Of a stretch of DNA of 64,000 nt, positions 38,631 through 48,745 are shown in pieces. The first letter of the stretch is position 1. The number at the start of each line of letters is the position of its first letter. The stretch is from positions 150,424-214,423 of the forward strand of contig DARI01000002.1 in the NCBI GenBank assembly GCA_002503285.1, in the 5' to 3' direction. The notes beneath the pieces are model-generated. The model had not been told where the DNA came from. It saw only the letters and a program-made list of their open reading frames with translations, and did no database searches. The translations under genes were made by a program, and so were the position numbers. This DNA is from Euryarchaeota archaeon UBA557 (GTDB lineage: Archaea > Thermoplasmatota > Poseidoniia > Poseidoniales > Thalassarchaeaceae).

Positions 38631-39044
38631 ATGAAGTGGGAGCGAGCACCATTGGGAATAATCATTTTACCCTTTATTATAGGATTCATTATTTCATGTA
38701 TTTCAGGATATTTTGATCCCACTACAGTAAGTATTCAATTAGTAACTTTGATAATATTGTCCTTAACATTATATTTTTTTCCCATTAAGGTAGAAAATTA
38801 TAATCAATTAGTAGCAGGAAGTGTTGTATCAGTGATAATAGGAATTTTTCCGACTTTGATTTTTTTCCCATGGTGCATAATAGTATGGATGTTTTGGTTT
38901 TCTCAAAATTTGTATGTTTGGAATTATAATATGCCACCTTTTAGAATTGGCGTTTGGATAGGAATGGGTGCATCGAGCGGCGTATTTTTTGGTGCGTTTT
39001 TCTCTTGGTACTTGTTGTCTAATTTTTATGCCTATTTTGATTAA
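38631..39044 (+). CDS. Small hypothetical membrane protein (4 predicted TM helices)
   Basis: 137 aa and strongly hydrophobic. It overlaps the 3' end of the convergent gene by 26 nt. It could be spurious. Confidence 0.35.
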   Translation: MKWERAPLGIIILPFIIGFIISCISGYFDPTTVSIQLVTLIILSLTLYFFPIKVENYNQLVAGSVVSVIIGIFPTLIFFPWCIIVWMFWFSQNLYVWNYNMPPFRIGVWIGMGASSGVFFGAFFSWYLLSNFYAYFD

Positions 39045-40434
39045 TAGAACCAATGACATATCCAATAATGTAAAAGGATGGAATGGAAGATAATATTGCA
39101 GATAATAATAATTCATCATCGATATATTCAGATATTATCCTGACTTCTCCAAATTTTGTATTATTTGAGCAATCAACGCAATCCTCAATTGGCAATCTAA
39201 TCAATATGAGATAAACATCAAATAAATCATTAGCAGGTACTTCTGTATTAATTGTTTTATTGGCATTTAATACCATCAAATCTCCATATTCTACAAATTT
39301 ATCCCATTCAAAGGAGCCCTTGTCGGCATAATTTTCAACTTCACTTAATTTAATTAAAAGTATTTCTAGATTATTTTCTCCAACATTAATAATTTCTACG
39401 GCGACGGGATATGATAAACTATGGACTTCAATAGTTTCAAGATTGATATCACCGTATCCTACCCTAAAATTAGGATTATCGTCATTAGTTCCGGGTCCAT
39501 CGATTATGCCGAAAATTATCGAATTTAGGCATAATATAATTGTAATGACAGCGGTAGTTAATTGACGTTTGTTTGGAATTAAGACATGGACGCCATCACT
39601 GATTACTGATCTTAATAATGGCTGGAAAATATGTACAAAATATGATGTGAAAAATGCGATTAGTATACCTGGTAAGATATCTATTACCCAATGTATCCCC
39701 AAATATTGTATTGAAAATAAATATATTCCTACATTTATTATCACAAAAATATCAAATTCTCTATGACGCCAATTTTTAATTTCAATTTTTCTTTCTTTAC
39801 AATGCAGCCTATTGATGATCAATAAACTGATAGGTAACCCAATATGTAGACTAGGTATTGCATTGTCCATTGGATCATTAGAAGTAAAGAATGAAAGAGT
39901 GAATGAATCATGATACAGCAACGCATCCATTCCTTCTAGGTAACTAGAAGTAACTTCAACATTAAAGAAAAGATACAAAGGGACGCTTAATAAATAAATA
40001 ACAAAATAATTTAATGCTGCTTTATCTGCCATTTCATGATCACGACTTAAAATATAATATATTGGTGAAAACCATATCATAAATAAATACATAAATAAAT
40101 AATGTACTGATAATAAATTAGTTAAAATATCGTTAAGGAAGAAATCTTGTACATTACTAGTCCAATCACCTTCAATAGAATATATCCAATGAGTAAATCC
40201 TCCGACTCTGGACTTAATTGGCTCATTATGGTGATCTATGAATACCTTGAATGCAAACATTATTGCATACAGGCTAATATGCCACCAATACCTATGTTTC
40301 TTTATTTCGGATAAAATTTCATTTAATTTTACTCTTTTTTCAGGTTCATCTCTTGTTAAGAAAAAATGTATCGGAAGAGTTAGGATTATCAGACTAATCA
40401 TAGAAAGCTCATAAGGCCCAAATAACCAATCCAT
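39019..40434 (-). CDS. PAP2_C-like membrane protein (inositol-phosphorylceramide / sphingomyelin synthase-like phosphotransferase) with a C-terminal extracytoplasmic domain
   Basis: PSLHIGLP fits the PSGH block, and GIHWVIDILPGILIAF fits the H-[YFW]-x2-D-[VLI]-x2-G block of PAP2_C/IPC-synthase-type enzymes. It has 6 or more TM helices and a ~150-aa C-terminal soluble domain. Confidence 0.5.
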   Translation of the reverse strand: MDWLFGPYELSMISLIILTLPIHFFLTRDEPEKRVKLNEILSEIKKHRYWWHISLYAIMFAFKVFIDHHNEPIKSRVGGFTHWIYSIEGDWTSNVQDFFLNDILTNLLSVHYLFMYLFMIWFSPIYYILSRDHEMADKAALNYFVIYLLSVPLYLFFNVEVTSSYLEGMDALLYHDSFTLSFFTSNDPMDNAIPSLHIGLPISLLIINRLHCKERKIEIKNWRHREFDIFVIINVGIYLFSIQYLGIHWVIDILPGILIAFFTSYFVHIFQPLLRSVISDGVHVLIPNKRQLTTAVITIILCLNSIIFGIIDGPGTNDDNPNFRVGYGDINLETIEVHSLSYPVAVEIINVGENNLEILLIKLSEVENYADKGSFEWDKFVEYGDLMVLNANKTINTEVPANDLFDVYLILIRLPIEDCVDCSNNTKFGEVRIISEYIDDELLLSAILSSIPSFYIIGYVIGSINQNRHKN

Positions 40435-40625
40435 GCTTTACTCCACTGTGACAATGGTCATGAATAATGCGGAAGATAAATGACACTAATGTGCATAATA
40501 CCTAGTTTAAATTCTGATACCAGAATAATTTTTTTCTCGTTTTTTCGAATTTGGAATAATTTTTCAAGAAATACTATAATAAAATAAAAAAATTTGAAAT
40601 ATAATTAATATTTAGAGTTAAAAGA

Positions 40626-40630
40626 GGAGG
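40626..40630 (+). promoter_or_regulatory. Shine-Dalgarno-like GGAGG 6 nt upstream of the SMUG1-like gene ATG
   Basis: The sequence aaagaGGAGGtatgggATG precedes the ATG at 40637. Confidence 0.5.
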
Positions 40631-40636
40631 TATGGG

Positions 40637-41386
40637 ATGAACAATATGGCAGTTAAATTACTTATAAAATCAGCAATTAGGCTAAAAGAGGATGTAGAAA
40701 AATTTGCAGATAAAATGATCCTTGAACGTTCAGTAGAGGCCATATATAATCCATTATCTTACGCTTGGAATCCACATAAAGCATTCATAGAATTAGGAGG
40801 AGGCGGAGGTGCTAAAACACTTCTTCTTGGCATGAATCCTGGGCCGCACGGAATGGGACAGATGGGAATTCCATTTGCTGCCACCAGCATAGTAAGAGAC
40901 TTACTAGAGATTAAAGATTTAGAAGTATATCAGCCCAAAAATATACATCCAAAAAGGTTGATTGGAGGATTGAATTGGCATAAAGAAGAAATTTCAGGAA
41001 CTAGGTTATGGAATTTATTATCAAATTTTTATGGAAATAAGGATGAAATTTTTGCTAACGTTTATGTCTTAAATCATTGCCCTCTTATGTTTTTTAATGG
41101 GCCCAACGCTACAAATATCACCCCGGATAAAATTTCAGGAAGTACTGTAAAAAAACTCATTGAAAGATGTGATCAACACCTAAGAGAAGTCATTGAAATA
41201 ATGGATATTGAAGAAGTTGTTGGCATTGGTAAGTATTCTGAAAGAAGGGCCAAAATTGCTTTAGAAGGATTAGGCATCAATATCAAAAGTTGTTGGCATC
41301 CATCTCCTGCTTCTCCACTTGCCAATAAAAATAAAGGAGTTGATTGGCGAAAAAATATTATTTCCGTTTTGCCATCTCCAAAGTAA
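40637..41386 (+). CDS. SMUG1-family uracil-DNA glycosylase-like protein
   Basis: LLLGMNPGPHGMGQMGIPFA matches the SMUG1 active-site motif GMNPGPxGMxQTGVPF. The downstream HPSPASPLANK fits the UDG-superfamily motif B. Confidence 0.65.
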   Translation: MNNMAVKLLIKSAIRLKEDVEKFADKMILERSVEAIYNPLSYAWNPHKAFIELGGGGGAKTLLLGMNPGPHGMGQMGIPFAATSIVRDLLEIKDLEVYQPKNIHPKRLIGGLNWHKEEISGTRLWNLLSNFYGNKDEIFANVYVLNHCPLMFFNGPNATNITPDKISGSTVKKLIERCDQHLREVIEIMDIEEVVGIGKYSERRAKIALEGLGINIKSCWHPSPASPLANKNKGVDWRKNIISVLPSPK

Positions 41387-41468
41387 CCTAATAATCAAGT
41401 GTAATTAAGTATATCAGATATATTTAGGTACACCAATATTTATGTTCATATGAGTTTACGATAGCATC

Positions 41469-43250
41469 ATGTCGGCAATGACTACACCAGAATATTTGAT
41501 TTCAAATGCGAATAATCATGCAAAAGAAAAGGCGATATCTACTAAGAATAAAAATGGAGAATGGGTTCATGTCAATTGGGCAGAATTTCATGATCAAACT
41601 GCATCTGTAGCTAAATCCCTAATTGCACTAGGTTTTGAAGAAGGAGATAAATTAAGTATTTATTCATATAATAGGATTGAATGGTATAATTCATATCATG
41701 CTGCAAATATGTGTAATGGAGCAGCAGTTGGCGTCTATCATACTTGTTCTCCCGATGAAGTTGAATGGGTCGTTGGCAATTCAGATTCCAAGATAATTTT
41801 CGTTGGAGATAATCCAATGGATGGAGGTAACACAGAGAAAATGTGTTCACATAGATTGCACAAGATATTAGATTCCTTGGATAAATTAGAAACAGCCGTA
41901 GTAATGGATGGAGTAGAAATGCCAGAACACTCAAAATGCATGTCATGGACAAATTTTCTAAAAATGGGTGAGAATATTGATTATTCAGAAATAAAAAAAA
42001 GAGTGAATAATATTAAACCTGAAGACACTTTTTCATTAATATATACATCTGGCACCACAGGCAATCCAAAGGGAGTCGAATTGAGTCATGATAATATTGA
42101 TTTTGAACTTGCAGAAGTTTGGAAATTACAAAATTTTGAAAGAGGATGGGGTTATGTTTCATGGTTGCCCTGTGCGCATGTTTTTGGTCAATTAGTTGAT
42201 TGTCATGCACACATAAGATGGGGACTTCACATGACAGTCGTAGATGCTCCTTTGAATGTGATTGATTATGCAAAAGAAGTACAGCCACATTTATTCATAG
42301 GAGTGCCAAGAATATATGAAAAAGTTTATGGAAATCTAGTTGCAAAACTTGGAACAAAATTGAAGTTATTGAAAATACCAATAATTGGAGGCATCATAAA
42401 GAAGAAAGCAAAGGAAGCTATTGGGATGTCAAATTGCGTATATTCAATAACAGGTGCTGCACCAATCAATCCAGATATTCTCAAACTATTCCACATGCTT
42501 GACATACCTCTATATGAAGGATATGGGATGACTGAGACTACAGCAGGTGCAACTTTAGGTTTTAAGAATAATCATAAATTTGGAACTGTAGGTAAACCAT
42601 TTAGTGGAACTGAATTAATGATTTCGGACTCTGGAGAAATTCTTTTCAGAGGTAGGCATGTAATGAAAGGGTATTATAAAAATCCTGAGGCCACTGCTGC
42701 GACCATTGATTCAAATGGATGGTTGCATTCAGGAGATAAGGGAGAAATAGATAGTGATGGATACGTCAAAATTACAGGCCGGATTAAAGAATTGTACGTA
42801 AGTTCCGGAGGGAAAAATATAGCCCCACTAGTTATTGAAGAGACTATGAAATCAATACCATTGGTTTCACAATGCATGCTCATTGGAGATGGAAGAAAGT
42901 ATTGTAGTGCTTTATTTACATTGGATGTTGGTGCAATATTAAGGGATAAGCACGGCATGGATCCTGCAAAAATACCTAAAAATCCTATTGACCAAATATC
43001 ATCATTAGAAAGCTTTGGGAAATCACTCTCGGAATACACAAATAGTAAAGAAATTCATGATGAATTAATGGAACTTGTTACTGAATTGAATGGCCAATTT
43101 AGTAATCCTGAACAAATAAAGAAATTTAAAATTCTACCAAGAGATTTGAATGTAGATTCAGGTGAATTAACACCAACTCTTAAGATCAGAAGAATTCAAA
43201 TTAGAGAAAATTGGGCATCGGAAATTGAAGAAATGTATCTTGATGCTTGA
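41469..43250 (+). CDS. Long-chain fatty acid--CoA ligase (AMP-dependent synthetase/ligase)
   Basis: The AMP-binding signature IYTSGTTGNPKGVELSHDNI, plus YGMTETTAG and GWLHSGDKGEIDSDGY, are present. Confidence 0.85.
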   Translation: MSAMTTPEYLISNANNHAKEKAISTKNKNGEWVHVNWAEFHDQTASVAKSLIALGFEEGDKLSIYSYNRIEWYNSYHAANMCNGAAVGVYHTCSPDEVEWVVGNSDSKIIFVGDNPMDGGNTEKMCSHRLHKILDSLDKLETAVVMDGVEMPEHSKCMSWTNFLKMGENIDYSEIKKRVNNIKPEDTFSLIYTSGTTGNPKGVELSHDNIDFELAEVWKLQNFERGWGYVSWLPCAHVFGQLVDCHAHIRWGLHMTVVDAPLNVIDYAKEVQPHLFIGVPRIYEKVYGNLVAKLGTKLKLLKIPIIGGIIKKKAKEAIGMSNCVYSITGAAPINPDILKLFHMLDIPLYEGYGMTETTAGATLGFKNNHKFGTVGKPFSGTELMISDSGEILFRGRHVMKGYYKNPEATAATIDSNGWLHSGDKGEIDSDGYVKITGRIKELYVSSGGKNIAPLVIEETMKSIPLVSQCMLIGDGRKYCSALFTLDVGAILRDKHGMDPAKIPKNPIDQISSLESFGKSLSEYTNSKEIHDELMELVTELNGQFSNPEQIKKFKILPRDLNVDSGELTPTLKIRRIQIRENWASEIEEMYLDA

Positions 43251-43259
43251 GGAAATACT

Positions 43260-43883
43260 GTGTCTCCAGAGCAGTGGATTGGTTTGGCGCTAGTTTTTAG
43301 CCTAGGTGCGATGAGTCCTGGACCATCTTTAGCAGTAGTAATTCGAAATACATTGGCAGGAGGTAGGCAACAGGGAATCTCTACTGGAATAGGGCATGGA
43401 CTAGGATTTGGAGTATATGCGTTCTTGGCAGCGGCAGGAATTGCGACTTTATTATCACTGCATGATTCGACTGAATTGATACTCAAAATTGGAGGAGTGA
43501 CGATATTATTATGGCTCGGCATAATTTTTGTAAATAATGCAAGGAAAGGTCCTTCTGAAAATGAAGAAGAAAGTAAACATGAAACACAAAATCGTCAAGG
43601 TTTTACACAAGGATTTTTAATTGCATTATTGAATCCTAAAATCTTGGCTTGGATGTTGGCACTTTACACTCCATTTATTGAAACGGATACTGAAATATGG
43701 ACTCTTTTGGGAATGGGTTTGCTTGGCATGGGCATTGATGGTACTTGGTATGTAACTGTTGCAACTGTACTAACTACGGGAAATAGAGTTGATAAATTAA
43801 GGTCGATTTCACACATTATTGATGGTGCCATGGGCCTCCTTATGTTTATTTTTGCCGGTCTTTTGATAACTGGCATATTATGA
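43260..43883 (+). CDS. LysE/RhtB family amino acid exporter
   Basis: 207 aa with 6 TM helices. The N-terminus ALVFSLGAMSPGPSLAVVIRNTLAGGRQQG is typical of the LysE/RhtB family. Confidence 0.7.
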   Translation: MSPEQWIGLALVFSLGAMSPGPSLAVVIRNTLAGGRQQGISTGIGHGLGFGVYAFLAAAGIATLLSLHDSTELILKIGGVTILLWLGIIFVNNARKGPSENEEESKHETQNRQGFTQGFLIALLNPKILAWMLALYTPFIETDTEIWTLLGMGLLGMGIDGTWYVTVATVLTTGNRVDKLRSISHIIDGAMGLLMFIFAGLLITGIL

Positions 43884-43992
43884 AATATTAACACTGTATT
43901 GCCCATATTGGAACTAAAATATCTAATAATTTTTAACTCTATTAAGAAAAACTATACGACTAATTTTTGATGACCAATGCTCTCGGGTACAT

Positions 43993-46900
43993 ATGGGCAA
44001 GAGTATCGGAGAAGAAATTCCCTTACGAATCATCACTGCTGCTGCAATATTTGATGGGCATGATGCTGCAATTGGAATATTTAGGCGGATATTTCAATCA
44101 ATGGGTTGCGAAGTGATCCATTTGGGTCACGATAGAGGGGCCGATGAAGTGGCCAAAGCAGCAATTCAAGAAGATGCACATTGTGTTGCAATAACATCTT
44201 ATCAAGGAGGAGCAGTAGAGATGTTTACTCATACAAAAAATATTCTAAACAAGTCTGGCTTTGGCCATGTATGTCTTGTTGGAGGAGGAGGAGGCACAAT
44301 TCTTCCGAGTGAAATTCAACATTTATTGGAGTCAGATATTGCTAAGATATACTCACCAGAAGATGGGAGAAAACTTGGATTGACGGGCATGGTCTCAGAT
44401 GCAATACTTAGGGCTTCTAAGAATAATCTATTGGATCCCAAAAGATTTCAAAAACTCAATGGCCCAATAACTGCAGACAATCAAGGAGCAGTTGCAAAAT
44501 TACTCACACTAGCAGAAAATGCAGATGAGAAAACATTTAATGAAACTCTAAATATTATTCGTTCAAATGATGATTTAAATTGCCCGGTAGTAGGACTAAC
44601 CGGTACAGGAGGTGCTGGTAAATCTAGCCTTACTGATGAACTAATGTTGAGAATACAAAGAGATAATCCTGGCACTAAAATTGCCTTACTTGCAACTGAT
44701 CCTACACGAAAAAGAACAGGCGGTGCATTATTAGGTGACAGGATTAGAATGAATTCCCTTTCGGATGATAATCTCTTCATGCGTTCGTTTGCAAGTAGAG
44801 ATAGTGGCAGAGAGATTGCAGATTGCATAGGGCGATCGATAGAAGTTTGTAAAGCCGTAGGTTTTGACATAATAATTGTTGAAACAAGTGGAATAGGACA
44901 AGGAAATGATGCAATAACCGAAGTAGCTGATATTTCATTGTATATTACTACTAGAGAATATGGAGCTCCCAGTCAATTGGAAAAATTACAAATGTTAGAC
45001 TCTGCGGATATTGTAGTATTAAATAAATTTGACAGACCGGGGGCAGAAGATGCTTTAATCGAAATTCGTAAGCAATTTAAGCGAAATAAAGAAATGTGGG
45101 ATGTAAATGATTCTGAATTGCCAATAGTTCCCACTGTTGCAAGTCAATTTGCAGATGCAGGAGTCGATCAGTTATGGCAAAAACTTTCTTTGCTTCTTAA
45201 TCAGAACCATGGAAAGAAATTTGTTTCGACTGAACCAATAATGGGAAATGATGGTTTGCCAAGTAGAATTTCGCCAATACCCTCAGAAAGGCAAGGATAT
45301 TTGGCAGAAGTATCGAGTTACATTAGAAATTATCATTTAAAAACTAAAAAAATAGCCTCAAAAATACGTGAATGTCAACAATTAGAAGCCGCTGCTAAAC
45401 TAATGAAATCAAAGGATAATGAAAATGTTGCTAAAATGCTTAATGAGGAAGCTTCGATCATCAGATTGGAAATTCCGGAAACCACTTGGAATGAAATAGA
45501 TGAATTTAATATCAAAGTAGAACAATATCGATCCGGAGCAACTAATTACACAGTTCGGAATAAAGATATTGCCGTTAAAACTACTCGAACCACTCTTTCT
45601 GGATTAGATTTACCTAGAGTGGCACTACCTGATTTTAGCGATTGGGGAGATACTTTAGAGTGGATTAGAAAGGAAAATATCCCAGGTTCATTTCCATATA
45701 CTGGAGGTGTTTTTCCATTTAAGAGGCAAGATGAATTACCTGTAAGAATGTTTGCAGGAGAAGGTAGTGCAGAAAGAACGAATAAACGATATCATTTTCT
45801 TTCAAAAGATCAAGATTTTAATAGGCTTTCCGTAGCATTTGATTCACCAAGTTTGTATGGTAACGATCCCAAGGAAAGATTAGATATCTTTGGAAAAGTT
45901 TGTGAAAGTGGAGTTTCAATAAGCACAATTGATGAAATGGAAAAGTTGTTCGAAGGATTTGATTTATGTGCAGCAAATACCTCAGTATCTAAAACGATAA
46001 ATGGAAATTATTGGTGGCACTTGGCTGCATTCTTTAATGTGGCAATTAGGCAGCAGGTGAAAAAATTCGAAGATATAAATTCTCGAAAGCCGTCTGAAGA
46101 TGAATATGGCAATATAAAATCTAGAACTCTTAAAACAGTAAGGGGGACTGTGCAAGCAGATCAACTAAAAGAATCAATGGGTCAAAATACACTTGTATTT
46201 AACCTAGATACGGCATTAAGGATGATGGGCGATGTTGCAGAGTTTTATGTAAATAATGATATACGCAATCATTATTTTGTTTCAATTTCTGGGTATCATA
46301 TTGCTGAAGCTGGGGCCAATCCTATCTCCCAGGCTGCGTTAACACTGTCAAATGGATTAACATACGTAGAGTTGTTTCGATCCAGGGGCCTTGACGCAAA
46401 TAAATTTTTAAGGAATTTTAGTTGGTTCTTCTCCAATGGCATGGACCCAGAATATGCAGTGATAGGCAGGGTTTGTAGGAGAATTTGGTCTATTGCTATG
46501 CGTGATTTGTATGAAGTTGATGAAAGGGGCCAGAAATTAAAATATCATATACAGAGTAGCGGCAGATCTTTACACGCGCAAGAATATACTTGGAATGACT
46601 ATAGAACTACATTACAGGCGCTTTATGCACTTGCAGATAATGCCAATTCATTACATACTAACTCTCGTGATGAGGCTTTTGGTACTCCGACAGAAGACAC
46701 TGTAAGGGATGCGGTTGCAATTCAGTTAATTCTTTCAAAAGAATATGGATGGTTACAAAATGAAAATCCATTACAAGGCTCATATATAGCTGGATGGTTA
46801 ACAGATTCTGTAGAAAATGAAATTCTGAAAATATTTGAAGAAATGCATAGACGAGGCGGAGTACTAGGTTCGCTTGAAGTCAATTATCAACGTAATCGAA

Positions 46901-47250
46901 TACAAGATGAATCAATGATTTATGAGCATAAGAAGCATTCTGGAGAATTGCCGATTATTGGAGTTAATATGTTTGAAGAAGACGCAAATTCATCGTTATC
47001 TGTAGAAGGTTTCAATATTGAAGTTACAAGATCAGATAAAACAGAGAGGATGATGGTCATCGATAGAAATACGGCCTTCAAAGAAACACATAGGAAAAAA
47101 TCAGATGAGGGTTTGGCAAAACTGAAGAAGGTTGCAAGAGAAGGTGGGAATTTATTCGAAGTTATGATGGAAATTGTTGAATATTGTACAGTTGGACAAG
47201 TAACACAGGCTTTATTTGAGACTGGTGGTAAATTTAGAAGAAACATGTAG
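43993..47250 (+). CDS. icmF: Fused isobutyryl-CoA mutase (IcmF-type: B12-binding domain + MeaB-like GTPase + acyl-CoA mutase catalytic domain)
   Basis: A B12-binding DxHxxG (FDGHDAAIG) lies at the N-terminus. It is followed by a MeaB/ArgK G-domain (GLTGTGGAGKSSL, DPTRKRTGGALLGDRIRM, ETSGIGQG, NKFD). A ~600-aa mutase substrate domain completes the protein. The 1085-aa length matches IcmF. Confidence 0.8.
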   Translation: MGKSIGEEIPLRIITAAAIFDGHDAAIGIFRRIFQSMGCEVIHLGHDRGADEVAKAAIQEDAHCVAITSYQGGAVEMFTHTKNILNKSGFGHVCLVGGGGGTILPSEIQHLLESDIAKIYSPEDGRKLGLTGMVSDAILRASKNNLLDPKRFQKLNGPITADNQGAVAKLLTLAENADEKTFNETLNIIRSNDDLNCPVVGLTGTGGAGKSSLTDELMLRIQRDNPGTKIALLATDPTRKRTGGALLGDRIRMNSLSDDNLFMRSFASRDSGREIADCIGRSIEVCKAVGFDIIIVETSGIGQGNDAITEVADISLYITTREYGAPSQLEKLQMLDSADIVVLNKFDRPGAEDALIEIRKQFKRNKEMWDVNDSELPIVPTVASQFADAGVDQLWQKLSLLLNQNHGKKFVSTEPIMGNDGLPSRISPIPSERQGYLAEVSSYIRNYHLKTKKIASKIRECQQLEAAAKLMKSKDNENVAKMLNEEASIIRLEIPETTWNEIDEFNIKVEQYRSGATNYTVRNKDIAVKTTRTTLSGLDLPRVALPDFSDWGDTLEWIRKENIPGSFPYTGGVFPFKRQDELPVRMFAGEGSAERTNKRYHFLSKDQDFNRLSVAFDSPSLYGNDPKERLDIFGKVCESGVSISTIDEMEKLFEGFDLCAANTSVSKTINGNYWWHLAAFFNVAIRQQVKKFEDINSRKPSEDEYGNIKSRTLKTVRGTVQADQLKESMGQNTLVFNLDTALRMMGDVAEFYVNNDIRNHYFVSISGYHIAEAGANPISQAALTLSNGLTYVELFRSRGLDANKFLRNFSWFFSNGMDPEYAVIGRVCRRIWSIAMRDLYEVDERGQKLKYHIQSSGRSLHAQEYTWNDYRTTLQALYALADNANSLHTNSRDEAFGTPTEDTVRDAVAIQLILSKEYGWLQNENPLQGSYIAGWLTDSVENEILKIFEEMHRRGGVLGSLEVNYQRNRIQDESMIYEHKKHSGELPIIGVNMFEEDANSSLSVEGFNIEVTRSDKTERMMVIDRNTAFKETHRKKSDEGLAKLKKVAREGGNLFEVMMEIVEYCTVGQVTQALFETGGKFRRNM

Positions 47251-47307
47251 ATATAATCAAAAAATAGGGTAACATGAAATACTATACGCTAGCGCTTACA
47301 GAATAAT

Positions 47308-47496
47308 ATGGCACAAGGTACAGTAAAGTGGTTTAATCGAACAAAGGGATTCGGATTCATCGAAAGAGAAGACGGAGATGACTTATTCGTACATAAGTCA
47401 CAAGTCGAAGGAGAGATCACTGATGGTGATTCTGTCGAATTCGAGGTTGGAGAAGGTCCAAAGGGTCCTAATGCAATCAATGTAAAAAAGAACTGA
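47308..47496 (+). CDS. Cold-shock domain protein (CspA family)
   Basis: [33 protein letters not shown] carries the RNP1 motif (KGFGFI) and the RNP2 motif (VFVHF-like). Confidence 0.9.
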   Translation: MAQGTVKWFNRTKGFGFIEREDGDDLFVHKSQVEGEITDGDSVEFEVGEGPKGPNAINVKKN

Positions 47497-47568
47497 ATAC
47501 TTAAACAAAATATTGTTTAATAAAAATTTCTCCTGCATCTCTAAAAGAGATGACTCTTAGCATAAAAC

Positions 47569-48705
47569 ATGGTAAGCTTTAGATTATCCGAAGAACAAAA
47601 AATGTTACAGGATCTTGCTAGAGATTTTGTTAATGAAGAAGTAATTCCTAATGCTCAGAAATGGGATATGAATGGAATCTATCCTAAAGAAACCATAAAG
47701 AAGGCTAATGATTATGGATTATTGACTGTAAAGATTCCTGAAAGATATGGCGGCGGAGGGATGGGCTCTATTGAAGACGTAATAATCGCGGAAGAAATAG
47801 GAAGAGGAGATCCCGGTTTTGCTACTGCTGCCGGAAGTAGCATACTTGCATCGTACCCAATAATTACTGGCGGAACTGAAGAACAAAAGGAAAAATATCT
47901 TTCAAAAACTGCTGATGGCATCATTGCGTCATATTGCGTTACAGAACCAGATGCTGGAAGTGACGTAAGGGCAATCAAAACTGAAGCAATAAAAGAGGGA
48001 GATGAATATATTATCAATGGCAGTAAGATGTGGATAACTGGGGCCATGCATGCAGAGTGGTTCTTTGTATTGGCATATACAGAAAAAGAGTCTGGATATC
48101 ATGGCATGAGTGGATTCATCATTGATGCAGATAGCAAGGGAATTGAGCTTGGAAAAAAAGAGTCGAACATGGGTCAGAGGTGTTCAGACACGCGTTCTGT
48201 AACATTCAATAATGTCAGAGTTCCTGTAGAAAATCTAATTGGTGGAAAAGAAAATGAAGGTTGGATGAACGCAATGTTAGCGTTCGATCATTCTAGGCCC
48301 GCTATCTCGGCGCATGCAGTAGGTAATGCCAGAGGTGCGATGGAGGAGTCTTTGGCATATTCAAAGGAAAGAAAAACAATGGGTAAACCAATTTTTAAGC
48401 ATCAAGCTATTTCATTTATGATAGCAGATATGGCAACTAAAATAGAAGCTGCTAGACTATTGTGTTGGAAGGCAGCCATGACATTAGACGAAGGGAATAG
48501 AAATACGCTTGAAGCGGCGCATGCTAAAAGATTTGCAGGAGATATTTGCATGGAAGTGACAACAGATGCAGTCCAAGTATTTGGAGGATATGGATACTCA
48601 GAAGAGTACCCAGTGGCCAGGAGAATGCGAGGTGCAAAAGTTTACCAAATATTCGAGGGTTCTAGTCAAATACAGCGATTGATAATAAGTAGAGAATTAG
48701 AATAA
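47569..48705 (+). CDS. Acyl-CoA dehydrogenase
   Basis: 378 aa with the ACAD N-terminus, middle and C-terminus (YCVTEPDAGSD, the catalytic-base region FGGYGYSEEYPVARRMRGAKVYQIFEGSSQIQR). Confidence 0.85.
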   Translation: MVSFRLSEEQKMLQDLARDFVNEEVIPNAQKWDMNGIYPKETIKKANDYGLLTVKIPERYGGGGMGSIEDVIIAEEIGRGDPGFATAAGSSILASYPIITGGTEEQKEKYLSKTADGIIASYCVTEPDAGSDVRAIKTEAIKEGDEYIINGSKMWITGAMHAEWFFVLAYTEKESGYHGMSGFIIDADSKGIELGKKESNMGQRCSDTRSVTFNNVRVPVENLIGGKENEGWMNAMLAFDHSRPAISAHAVGNARGAMEESLAYSKERKTMGKPIFKHQAISFMIADMATKIEAARLLCWKAAMTLDEGNRNTLEAAHAKRFAGDICMEVTTDAVQVFGGYGYSEEYPVARRMRGAKVYQIFEGSSQIQRLIISRELE

Positions 48706-48745
48706 TATTTTAAATCTCAGTTTATAATCATATTAAGTCCAATAA

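Noticed and set aside
47289-47480. 63-aa minus-strand ORF
   Set aside because: It is antisense to the cold-shock protein gene, which has a much stronger motif-supported reading.
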